This document shows positions 47,919 to 64,000 of a DNA stretch of 64,000 bases, piece after piece. Position 1 is the first letter of the stretch. Each line of letters opens with the position of its first letter. Under the pieces are notes generated by a model. The model worked only from the letters and a program-made list of their open reading frames with translations. It was not told where the DNA came from and did not search any database. A program made the translations under genes and the position numbers. The DNA lies in assembly GCA_030704615.1 (NCBI GenBank), contig CM060731.1:28706001-28770000 (forward strand), in the 5' to 3' direction. The stretch comes from Takakia lepidozioides. Taxonomy: Eukaryota; Plantae; Bryophyta.

Positions 47919-50086
47919 CAATTGTTTATAATCCCACTACTGGAGTCCTCACAAAGGTAGTGTCTGTTCCCTCTTGTTCCGCCCAAAGTGAGCGCGGGGT
48001 CTGAGGCCAAAGGCTACGGCCTAATGAGTACATTCCCTTATCTGTTTTGCTTGTGCACGTTGCAGCTGGTCCAATTCATGGACGATCTTTTGATAGTGAC
48101 TTTCTCAAAACTGTGATCGTAATATGAACCTGCCATGCCCAGGTGTTAAGCAAGCTATTTTAGTACTATAATTGATTGTCAGCCAGATCTGAAGTATGGA
48201 CCGTTTTGCATTGATAAGCCTCACCCAGACAAATAGACTTCGATCGAACCCGGACAAATTACAGATGTCAAAAAGATCATCACACTTGATGATATCTTAA
48301 TAGTCCCTGTTGAAGTCAAAGGCGGCGTTGTGAGTTGTAGACCATATTATGTTGGTTGCAAAGGCCATGCCTGGACTGGGCAATGCCTACCTCTTTTCTG
48401 TTAATGCAGATAAGGATAACATCAGTCAAAAAAATGGATTCACAATCGAACCCAGAGTCCAGCCAGTCAGAAGACTGCAGGTCATCAACCACACCATCCA
48501 TGCGAAACAACATGCAGCTTGGAGAGGCCGCTAGCATTATGCACCTTCTAGCCCTAATCTCTGCAATACTATGATGAATAGCCAAACTAGAAGGAGGTAG
48601 CTGTTAGCTGAAGGATTTATCAAACTGCTGAGTCATGTGATGAAGGTGACCAAGACCAACTCTTTTTCACTTTTTACAGGCCTTCAATTTTTCTTTTAAA
48701 GACTATTTCAAGAGCCTCTTTGCATACAAGCGAGACAGGGATGGCTACTGGAAATGGTTTGCAGGGAACTTGGCTTCTGGTGCAGCGGCTGGTGCTGCAT
48801 CCTCCTTCTTTGTCTACTCATTGGACTATGCTCGAACACGATTGGCAAATGATGCCAAGAATGTGCAAACAGGAGGACAGCGCCAATTCAATGGCCTCCT
48901 TGATGTTTACAGGAAGACTTTAAAGTCTGATGGTATCCCAGGTCTATACAGGGGCTTCTGTGCCTCTGTGGTGGGAATCGTCGTTTACAGAGGTCTCTAC
49001 TTTGGAATTTATGACTCAGTGAAGCCTGTGATCCTTGTGGGAAACCTCGAGGTATGCTCAACCTCAAGGTTTTGTCTTTTTGGTTTTCATTGTTCTGTAC
49101 CTTTGCCTAGCACTGCAAGGAGGATCCATGTCGGAGACAGTGACTAGCTGACATTTGAGTTCACAAATGTCATACAGTTACATACAATTGTAGCTTCAGG
49201 GTAGTGTGGGGACAGGGATTCTTCAGATCCAGGTATCTCCAGGAAAGACATTCTGGGCGCATATCAGGCAGGCATGCATCACAGAAGTAGAAAGTCAAAC
49301 AGCAAGCCAGTAATGCAAAGAGACGTGAGCTTTGGCCTCTTCGGGAAAAAGATGATAGGCCTTGAAATTTATGTCCATTTCAACCAGTATTGTAGGTTCC
49401 TATTTTCTCTAAGAGAAGAGGCTAAGGTAAGCCTAACACGAGTGGGAAAATAAATATCTGGCCTACCTTGTTGGTCAAGCAGGACGGAGTACAATAAGAA
49501 AGGACAAATGTGCCTAAAGTCATGCCTTCCTACAACTTTCAATGCAGCAAACACGAAATTTAGGTAGAGGACTGCAAGAAATCATGGTATGCTCAACATC
49601 ATTTGGTGGGACTTGTGAGCGACCCTGCTGCAGAAGTAGAAGTCTCCCTCTCCTCCTCTCTCTGAGATATTGTGAGATAACAAGGGCACAAATTCTGCAG
49701 GGCTCTGAACTTAATTTTCCTTCCTCTTCATTTGAGGGTTGTCCGGGACTGTATCTGAGAAAAGCATGTATGTCTGCCTGCAGGATAAGTTCATTGCCAG
49801 TTTTTGTCTGGGTTGGGCAGTTACTACTGTTGCTGGAATCGTTGCATATCCACTGGACACAGTCCGTCGGAGGATGATGATGACCTCAGGAGAGGCTGTG
49901 AAATACAAGAACACCATAGATGCCTTTCAGCAGATAATTGCCAAAGAGGGTGTAAATGCCCTCTTCAGGGGGACAGTTGCCAACATACTGCTTGGATTGG
50001 CTGGAGCGGGGGTACTCTCAGGCTATGACCAGCTCCAACTTCTCTTCTTTGGGAAGGCATACAGCCCTGCAATAAAGAGTGGTTGA
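47410..50086 (+). CDS. ADP/ATP carrier (mitochondrial carrier family), 3 exons, ~382 aa
   Basis: Exons 47410-47883, 48680-49051, 49784-50086. Motifs [49 protein letters not shown]. Confidence 0.94.
47918..48037 (+). mobile_element. Short repeat (LINE 3' end) after (CT)n in carrier intron 1
   Basis: Inverted relative of 45643-45785. Confidence 0.55.
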
Positions 50087-51390
50087 TCATGTCAACATGT
50101 GGAGCTTATTGCTTTCCCGAACAGGCTGGTGAACCTTCAACACTTTCGACCACACAACCTCATGGTCTGTGATCTTGGTTGTGAAGACGAGTGTAATTCT
50201 TTAGTTCAGTTATTTGTACATCATTTTATGTCAGGTTTTCTGATCATTGGCTTCCATCATGGCCATTGCCTTTATCAGGGCATCTCGACCTGACCTGTGA
50301 AACGAACACACATGCAGACGGCTGTCCAGGACATATCAAGCTATGTGTCCTTTCCAATGGAGTCTCCCAGGATCTGTTCAAACACAGCACTATCTTCAGA
50401 GTGACTTGGAGCGACTGGGACGTTATATAATCAAGAATAAGTTGTCCATCAAGAGAAAGATATGTCAGAGGTTATTTGTCCACACCATTATTTTGCTGAT
50501 TACTACTGCTAACACTATTGCAATAAGTGAGATGGCCAACACTCAATTTGGTGTTATTCTTTCGAGCTTGCCTTGGCAAGCTCTTTGAACAGCATATCTG
50601 CAGGTCAGAGGTTGCTGTCCACACTGTTGCTTTACCAATTGCTACTGCTTTCAGTATTGCAGTTCATGGATTGGCATGCACTTGCAACCTGTTCTTGCTC
50701 GTTCTAGCTCCTCTTGGAGAGTCTTAACACAACAGCCCAGCTGTGTCTCTGAGCCAGGCAGTGTATTTTTTTTTTGAAAAAAAAAGGGGGACAGAGGCCG
50801 GTTATAGCCACTGTTATAGGCAGTGTATATATGTCAAGTGAGGTATTTGGACCACTATTAGTAGTAGGCACCTATCTAGAGACCTACACATATTCATCCA
50901 AGTGTAGTTCATCCAAATTGGATGTCGCGTATTACGAGAGATGCACATTATAAGGTCCTGAGGTCGAATGCGGTTTTCATTTGGTAAACTTTTCAGCATC
51001 TTTATTTTTATTTTCAATTTGTCCTCCTCTTTTCCCAAATCCAAGAAATGCGAATAGATCCGCCGAAGCGTACAGTAGTTACCTAGGTATATGACCGTAA
51101 CCGTACAGGTATGTAGTAGATTAGGTACCTCCCCAATTTGAAAAGGAATCACCCAGGTATTCCAAGTTTGCTCGTATGAGATGGAGTATACGTATGGTAT
51201 GGAATATGCGGTATTCGGTCGCCCTCGCACCGATCGCCACCGAACGCAGCATTCGAGGAGCAGAGTGTTGTGGGCGGAGGACAAGTCGGGGAGGTCACAA
51301 AGACGAAGGCTGGTTGTTCGCTGTGGGTAGTGTGGGCTTGTGAACGATCGTAAGTGGAGTGAAGAGAAGTGTGCAGAGCAGAGAGTAGTG

Positions 51391-55852
<4,462 letters not shown>

Positions 55853-57794
55853 GGAGCTCATATATACCATGCCAATTCATGAGCATCAAATATTGATTTT
55901 CTTCTTTCTGATTCTTTTGGGGGCAGAGTAGTCTTCTATATCCTACCTGACATTGTGGCATTTTATTTCGAACAACAGAGAGGAATGAAGAGGTACCTGT
56001 GGCGGGAGACATCACAGTTTTGGGGAAGTTTGAAGAGCTTAATTATTGCCATTGTGGGGTGGCCAATAAAGGGATTGTATTCCTTCCAGTTGCTGGCTAA
56101 ATAATGTCCAGTAAATTTTCAGAGTATTTCACTTGCTGCCCAGTTAAATTTTGATCTTCAATGTTTTGGTTGGTACCTTCTGTTGACCACTAAAGTTTTG
56201 TTTCGATTATTGCATTGCTTATTAGACAGGTATGGTAGTATGGCAACAAAACGAAGTATCTTCTTTGGAATTGCAAGGTTCCCATTGTTCTGGTAATCCT
56301 TCAGAAGGCTTAAAGACATTTGGGCATGGCTATCATACATGTGCTCTCTATTTGAAGGTATTCTATGGACGATAGGAAGGTCTCACAACTGAAGAAATCA
56401 TAAGAAAGCGTTTTGTATTTTGTATTTGACAGAGTGTGGATGCCACCTGTGTATTTGAAATGAGCTAGATAAAAATAAATTTTGTGCTTTCATCATTTCA
56501 CGAGTTGTCGTAGCCAGATCTCGAACAAATCCAGAAATGAATGTATATGCAATTAGCACAATAGAAAACTTTTATTGCTGTTACCATTTTGCATGTATTA
56601 CAACGTCGTAATGAAGTACCCCGTCTGACAAGCCTGCCAATAGATTTTATTCTTATGGATAGCCACGAACAAACAAGGGGAGGGAATGTCACACTGTGCT
56701 TTGGAATATTCATTGGAATGAATAAAGTGGCCAAGTAATAGAAAAGGCCCCGGGAATGCGTCTTGGGCGGGTGTGCTTGCGTGGCCCCCCCCAAGCCTCA
56801 CCCCCGTGGCAGCAACGCCGCAGGCCGCAGTTGCCGAGATCGCCTCCGCCGCCCGCCCCTGCCCCAGTGCCGTCACGTACGTAATACATGAAACGGTTTC
56901 ACATGAACTGTAGCACCATGACGCATGCATCCAGATGTGAAGGTTGTCATACATGCATGCGTCGTCCCACATGTATTGTGCATAATTGCATAGAGATTAG
57001 GATGTGATCGTGCTTTTCTGAACTGATTGTGAGCTGCTTACTCGCACACAAGCCGAAGGCGACGCTTGGAATGCCAGACGTTCCCTGTCACTGTCCACGT
57101 CGTGCCATCGTCTCTATCGATGCCGTAGCGCCTGTTCTCCAAACATCATGTGCAGTTGTGAAAGATATGCCCTCCATGAAAGCGCTTTCGGAGGCGGTTG
57201 TCACCAGTGTCACTCTTTCCTCACTCTTTCCTTTCATGTTTGTCATTTACTTTGGTTACACGCCCTTAGCGGGGTTTCTTTCAAGTAAGTAGCGTTTGGA
57301 TCCTATGCAAGACGATTAGGAAGGAAATATATGTATACCTAGTTTTCCTTGCTTTCATTTGCTTTATTGCGCTACTGTTGTTGCCATTCTCTGGAGCTTC
57401 TGTTGCTCTAGTTGTACCATTCGCGGTTTGCCGGTGAAGCTACAAGCCCTGCAAACTCTGTCGTTAGGTTTTTTGCAGACATTTCTGTGAGTGTTGTGGA
57501 ATTTTTCTGTCGTCCTTCTTATTGGTAGCATTGTGTGTTGTTATTGGCATTGCGTTGCCAAAATGTTGATCTTCCCGCCAATCCACTCTGTCTTGCGTGC
57601 CAAATGCCTTTCTTCTTTCCGTTATGCCAAATGGTGGCGTCCACGATGGAAATGGCTTATACTTCATTGTGAGGGCCCATGTCAGTAACCATTGTCGCTG
57701 TCAGTTTCTGCCTTAATATGAACGTCGGGTTCTTCAGGGTAGGAGTGTTGTAGGCTTTCCACTTATACTGCCAATAGAGTGAAAAAAATCCACC

Positions 57795-58371
57795 GTGCTC
57801 GGAGCGCGTAGGGTATATGAGGAGTACAATTATGATGAGTGGGAAGGACTGATTTGCGAGACTCACACGAAGGCAAGGGTTGATGAACCCGGTGATAATA
57901 ACATGAAGCCCTTCAAATGTATCTACTGTAATAGGGTATATAAACAAAAAAAAAAAAAAACATTCACATGGTTGTGATGTTGTTGGGAAGGGTGGGGCTA
58001 AGCTTAAAATGTACCTTGTGTTTGAAGCGGGCCAGAGGTCGTTGATGGAGAATGTTCTCAGGGACCATGGTCTGCTGCCGCTCAAAAACTCGCAGAAGAC
58101 GAAGGTGGACCGGGATGACAGTGGAGAAGGCGAATTTCAACCAGAATTGAAGCGGAGGAAGCATTTGTGTCTACCGAAGGATGCTGTTATGTCTCTTCAA
58201 GAAGGGGACTCCGCAATGGAGGATGAAACTATAATGCTGCCAGACCCACCAACCAGGACACACACATTGGCATCAACTATAGATCAGTTGATAAAGTCAA
58301 CGATTGCAATCGACGAGGAGAGACGAGGCCAAAGAAGCTTTTGTGGTAGCTTCTTTGAAACTCAAATGTGA
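57795..58371 (+). pseudogene. MULE accessory ORF with zinc-finger-like motif, frame broken in an A15 run
   Basis: KPFKCIYCNRVYKQ(K)nHSHGCDVVGKGGAKLKMYLVFEAG is continuous if the A run at 57946-57960 changes length. Confidence 0.5.
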
Positions 58372-59399
58372 CACTGCCATGCCGCCCAAACCAGCACTTG
58401 TTGCACGCCCAAGTTTCAACTATCTCATGGACTACAATTTGTTGCCTGATGGGTTCCCTTCACTGACAATCCATCTTATTTAGAAAGTCTTCTCGCATTT
58501 GTGAGGAGCGCGAAATTTGCTAATAGTATGATGGGTAAAGCCTATGGTCAGTGGTTCGTCAGACGCATGGTAATACCTCCTCTACGCCTCTTCTGCACTG
58601 ACCGCACGATTTTTTTTCCGTTTCTTTTTCCATCTTTGAGCACGCATGGATGTTTGTGGAATGGATATGTTTTCATGCATTTGTATTCCGTGGCTTTATT
58701 GTAACGGTATTCCTCTTCGAGCCACATGTATTACATATAGCCGAAGTCCGTGGCATTTTCTTCTCCATGCATTGGCAGGTGTTCGTATGTTCATTTACAA
58801 CTCACCATCTGCACCTCCATTGTTCTACATGCATTTACATTCCATAAGATTGTTTAGCATTCATGTCTCTCTCATATTGCATTTTAACGTGCATCCATGG
58901 ATTTGTTTTCCATCACCTTCATTGTGTCGTCTTCTGTTCTAGTGCCATGACATTGTTCTATCATGGTGTGGTAGCAGCATGATACACCTCCGCAGGAGGA
59001 GGCACGTCTAAGCAAGACACTGGTTTTATTTGCCATACGTCTTGGTTTTACTCCTAACCATGCAACTCAATAAGCTGAGTGCGTGGATGTTGTGAAATAT
59101 CACAAGTACACTTGCTGCCCTCATGGATTGTCACTTGAGGGAGGTTGTTGCTTAGGTTGCGTTGGACAATACAAGAACTCAGTTTGTGGAGGTTGGCATG
59201 GAAAAATGGGACAGACAAGTGAATGACGAAATACATGAGAGTAAATGGGGCTAGTCCCCTCTTTTCCAAATTATCAAGGTGAGTGATATCCAAAGCTCTC
59301 TAATAATATATTCACACATTCGCTTGAGGAAGCCCACATGTTCGTGGTCATTTTGGCAGGAAGTCGAAATATTGTTCCACCTCCAAAACTTCTGCAGTT

Positions 59400-60710
59400 C
59401 ATGCGGGTATTGCGTCTCATTTGGATGTGTCACGTTCAGAAGACAACTCCCCTATCAACACCAAGGAACGTTGTGTTGCGTGACCTCCTCCACCAACTTC
59501 TACACACACCCGAGGATCGTGCGTAGCCATTAGAAATGCTACGGAAAATTTCCTTGACATTGGATACTTTCTGTGTGGTGGCACACCACCATTCGACGAA
59601 GCTAGAACGGAGGTGCGCGAAACTATGGCAGACCTTGTAGACAGAAAGAAAGATGACCAACAATGTACGGCACAGTTCCTCCGTGGTTTTATGTAGCAAG
59701 TCAGATGCAAGGTTGTTCGTGACCTTGCCATTGTTAATCGTACAGTTTTTGAGGGTACAACCATGAGTGGGTTTGATAAAGCCCTCAAGGAATTAGTGAA
59801 ATGTTGAGGTATCGCAAGGATCTGGACATGGGTTGGCTTTCTTGGTGGAGTTACCTGATGGCAGCAATTTCTGCATCTGCGTCGTCGACAATGAAGGCAT
59901 TGGGGCACCATTCCACTTTCATGCTTTTCATGTGTTGGTTTAGTGCCTCCATCCATGGCCGCAGATCCATGGTCTTGCACTTGGCCGTTATAATATACGC
60001 AACTGGAATGCCATTCAGCCACTTATCAAGCACCATCATAGTGTACAATGGATACTGCAACAACAACCATCTTATACATGAATTAGTGAGTTCATTTGTA
60101 ACCGCACTGTCGCAAAAACATAAAACTTTTTATGTACTGTACATTACCAGATGGGTTCGCCTCAACCCACATTCGAACATTACGTGCATCATCTGAGTGC
60201 TTCTTAAATGTTTCTTCATCACACTTGTTGACACTATTCCGAATGACCCAAGAAAGGAGGAAGGTGTCACGATTGACCTCCAACCCAGCATCCATCATTT
60301 CCCTCACCCGCTGCGTGTGCTTGCCATTATCTTACTGATGCTTAGTCTTAGACGCAAGTTGTGCAAAACCGCTGTAACCTCCAAGAGGGCACTAGTCTTG
60401 TCCTTTGGCCCGTATGAACATGTTGTGAGCATGAGCTTCCATTACTAACAGAGCAAAGGGACGCACAAATCCAATGAACACAATCCACCATAATACATGG
60501 AAGGTCCACTGTTGTACCTTGTCATACTTAGGGCAAAGTTTGTGCGTGGAGCTTGGAGAGATCCTTATGGACAACCTCTTTGCTGATGTTTGTGGAAAGT
60601 GCATGACGGAAGGACTCCCCGGTGATAAAATCATTCACACGATTCCATGGAATGTAGGCTACTTCAACATTGTCTTTTCCGACAGCCTGCAATGCCATTG
60701 GAAACGCCAC
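59400..60710 (-). pseudogene. MULE transposase remnants
   Basis: VAYIPWNRVNDFITGE, MFDAT-like, YPLYTMMVLDKWLNGIPVAYII...PNAFIVDDADAEIAAIR. Confidence 0.8.
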
Positions 60711-61811
60711 TGTAACACATTATGATTGAAAGCACATGGGTTCGGGTATTGCAGTTGGTTTCAGAGTTTGCAAACAAGATGGGGGACTATGTCTCCACTT
60801 TTGATTTCTTCAGACATGATGAACAGTCATGCAATAATATTGGGTTGCACGGGTGATACACGTTGCACGGGTGCAGGAACGATGATAGGACCTTTTGGGG
60901 TCAACGATGAGGGGAAGATGACAATGGAGATGTCGTGCATTCATAGCGAAAAGTAGCACGATTAAAAAAAAAAATTCAAGTTCAAATTTGAAGTTTGAAT
61001 GTTCTGTATGACAATGCGTGTATCACCATGGCCATGAGTGTATCATCATGCATGCGTCCATATTCGCTACATGATGGGATGGTTGTGTCATATGACATCG
61101 TAATACATCATTCATGTAATACGACATTGAATGGCGGCAGGCCGGGCGTCCGGAGCACACCTGCCCAAGGCGCATTCAACTCGCGAGCCTTTTCTATTAC
61201 CGTACTTACCTAGCTTATTAGGCAATAATTAATTCAAATCAAGTGCCTAATTAAATTTAGAACATTTTTGGAAAATGTGCCTAAAACTTGGAAAAATTTC
61301 CTGAGAAGTGCCTCATTGCTTGAAAATTGTGAAAAAATACCAAAATGTCCAAATATGTGGAAAAAAAAATGCCTAAATTGTATTATTTAAAGTCCAAAAC
61401 ATGGCAAAATGCCTACAATTTAAAATTTCATGTCCACACAACTTCCAAAGGGCCCTACATTGATGCAACTACATCCTCATAAGTCTCATCACCTATCTCA
61501 TGTGAATCTTCTCAATCTGAGAGAATGTTAAGGTCGGGAACATCATTATCCTCGATATGCATGTTTGCAAGACATCGGCTCATGCTCACAATGATACTTC
61601 CATCAAGGTAGACATCTGGAACATCCTCCATGACAAGATCTCATTATATTTGGGTTTGAAAACAAAGAAGATGTAAAATTGGCTCTCATTGGCTCACCCT
61701 AAAAGGCATCTTGAAATGCTCGTAAAATTCCACAAAGTCTCCAACCTGACAAAATCATCTTGTTGGCACTTCACTTCCACCCAAGACTCATACAACCAAC
61801 AAACCACAAGT

Positions 61812-62340
61812 TCACGCATAATTAGCAACTCTGTCTTCAACAATATTTGATCTACAGGCACACAAGCCCTTATGTGTTCTTGAATCTCTCTTGCAGACCA
61901 GTTCTTGAATCAAGCTGAAAATGTACACTTGAGGGGTCTCTATAATAACATTAGCAGGCTGCAACTTTGCTGTACAATTTGCAGGAATGTATAAAAGACA
62001 AATATATGGATGATTCTCCTGCATGTAAGCCCTGAATTCTTCAGACCGATGGACGCTCCAACAATCAATTAACCAAATCATTTTCTGGGGACCGTCCTCT
62101 CAGACTGTAAATAAGGTAGTATAATATTCTCCACAAATTGTTGGCAAGTGCGCAGGTTGGACCAATGGTTATGGGAGATAGTCAAATAAAAACCATGTTC
62201 TGCAATACGACATGTCTCTAGACTCTTGGGTAATGATATCTTTGTCTTTATACCCTTGAAAACAATATGAAGAGCCAACATCCCACCATTTGCACAAAAA
62301 GAAACTCAAGCAGTTATAGCTCTCTTGTCCTCAACTCCAG
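61812..62340 (-). pseudogene. pogo-like DDE transposase fragment
   Basis: GVEDKRAITA, IVFKG...HNHWSN, WLIDCWSVH...LLYIPANCTAKLQPANV. Confidence 0.8.
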
Positions 62341-62634
62341 TTTTTGAGGGAGGTCAATATCTATTTTCAAAACCATTATGTTTTTTTTGAAAGAAAATTA
62401 TCTCAACAATAGGGTCGACTGTAATACATGCCTAATGTTTGGAAATTACCTAGGTGAGGTGCCTAAATAATAAAAACGAATCTGCCTAATAATAACCTTC
62501 TTCTTCGACCTATTTCAGCCTGTTTTGCACTCTCATCAGATTCAGCCCTGAGATGCATATTGAATTTTGTAAGTTAGCTCGTTGGGTGGGTCTGTGGTGG
62601 TTTGGAGTGACTTTAGTTACTGCCGATGTGGCAG

Positions 62635-63036
62635 CATGAAAGTATCCAAAAATAGATAACACTAGAGATGAGGAGAAGCTTTGGAGTGAACACTTTTCCA
62701 GCCCAAGTCAATGGTGGGACAATGGAGACAAAAAGGTGAATGTTTGGACTACAGAAAGAAGCAGATGCAATTCAGAATTGGAACTACTGTAATGAGTAGG
62801 GTTGGGGTGTTTGCTGGAAGAACTTGACGCCGTCCGTGTCAGCTGCTAGCAGCAAGGCTGAGGATGTATTCATGATTTGTACACTGGTAGGGATAGCTGA
62901 AGGACCAGGGATAGAGGTCCAGATTCATCCAAGAGGGCCAGATTTCAAACACAAGATTACTTCTGATTCCCTGTGGATCAATAGCTACAAGAAATCTGTG
63001 TGGGTAGATGGTCAATTGGAAACAGCAACTTTGTAG
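62635..63036 (+). pseudogene. Captured two-exon fragment of an organellar ssDNA-binding (OSB) gene, PDF motif
   Basis: EEKLWSEHFSSPSQWWDNGDKK, GT-AG intron 62736-62922, then IHPRGPDFKHKITSDSLWIN...WV. Confidence 0.8.
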
Positions 63037-63170
63037 CAGCACAATTGATAGAACAAGGCACTGCTAATGAATGCACCTTTTTCAACACATTTATTAATTA
63101 TTAGGCGCGGCCTAATAAGCTAGGTAAGTACGATACTTGGCAATAAAGTGAGATACATATCTAACACATC

Positions 63171-63498
63171 CAACAGTCAATAGCTCAGTTGGATAGTGCA
63201 CTCAGCGCCATCCAGATGAATTTGGGGTCAAATCGTGCTACCTGGACGGGTGTTGTATGTTCTTCTCCCCCTTCCCTTGGGCACTGTCCAATGTGAAAGC
63301 CATCATGGAAGCCATCATGGCGAGGTTACTGTGAAAGAGGTTATTTTCTCCTCTCACTAGAATTGTGTATCATGGGGTACCATGAACCCGTTATCTTCAT
63401 GAGTTCATGTGATCGTTCTTGTTTATCAGTGAACTTGGGGCCTGATTTGTGAGCTGTCGCTCCCAGGTGTTTCCCTTTATAAAATTATATATATATAT
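63171..63498 (+). mobile_element. tRNA-derived SINE, copy 2
   Basis: Colinear with 7524-7755 (CAACAGTCAATAGCTCAGTTGG...GTGAAAGAGGTTATTTTCTCCTCTC...GTCGCTCCCA.GTGTTTCCCTTT), with ~80 bp extra near 63360-63435. Confidence 0.75.
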
Positions 63499-64000
63499 GC
63501 AACTTGTGATTAAATTGAACAGAAAAGTCTCATATGTCACACTTCAGTATTCCAAAACCTCGCCAGAAGCTCTTGCGCAATGTTTTGCTGGATCAAGATG
63601 AGAGAGAGGAAGACTCCTGCCAGACTAGGCGTAACTGATGGGGTCACTGCAGCCCCAAGGCAGTACGTTTTGAAGGTTGACACGTGACACCTTAGCCAGG
63701 TTCCCCAAAGCACTCAAAAGTCTCAGGTACCCACACATTAGGTACCCTTTTGACTCAACTACCCCCCATTTTGTAGCTGGGTTGGCATGAGTGATGATGT
63801 CCAACATACACCTATGTGGCATTGGACCCAGGACCACTTGTAAGGCGACCTTGTGCCCTAGCCACTAGGCCATATAGCAGATGATCCGCATAATGAATTA
63901 ATTTATTTCGTTCTTCTTAATTGGTTCCTTTCGAGGATTGCATTTGAGTAGCAACTAAACGCTTCAGGGGCAAAGCCAGTGTGCAATACCTCCCCATGCC

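Larger units (their letters stand above)
61200..63133. mobile_element. pogo/Tc1-mariner element
   Basis: TIR CCGTACTTACCTAGCTTATTAGGC / GCCTAATAAGCTAGGTAAGTACGA, TA duplication (61198-61199, 63134-63135), DDE_1-type remnants. Confidence 0.88.
56730..63141. mobile_element. Mutator-like element (MULE), degenerate autonomous type
   Basis: TIR GCCAAGTAATAGAAAAGG... at the left. Right TIR ...CCTTTTCTATTA / CTTGGC is split by the pogo insertion. Exact 9-bp TSD AATAAAGTG (56721-56729, 63142-63150). Confidence 0.88.

Overview
Eukaryotic nuclear DNA from a land plant, probably non-seed or bryophyte-like (inferred from gene and TE content). Four host genes: an AP2/ERF factor (28030-29631, +), an 18-exon N-acetylglucosaminyltransferase I (GnTI/CGL1, 33324-46505, -) with a U12 AT-AC intron, an ADP/ATP carrier with ER-ANT1-like residues (47410-50086, +) and a 10-exon mitochondrial-type aspartate aminotransferase (51391-55852, +). 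Much of the rest is nested transposons. A very young chromovirus sits inside a CACTA element, which sits inside an older gag remnant. There are also a degenerate copia, two Mutator-type non-autonomous elements, a MULE with a pogo element in its TIR, tRNA-derived SINEs and LINE fragments. Top finding, absent from the ORF track because it runs off the window edge: the LTR retrotransposon at 1-4658 (-) carries a C5 cytosine DNA methyltransferase domain (motifs I-V, catalytic PCQ) in the same frame as its Gag-protease. Also notable: a circularly permuted copy of GnTI sequence that supplies the ERF stop codon, and host-gene fragments (OSB inside the pogo element, RPS7 beside the LTR). All coordinates and alignments were read by eye.
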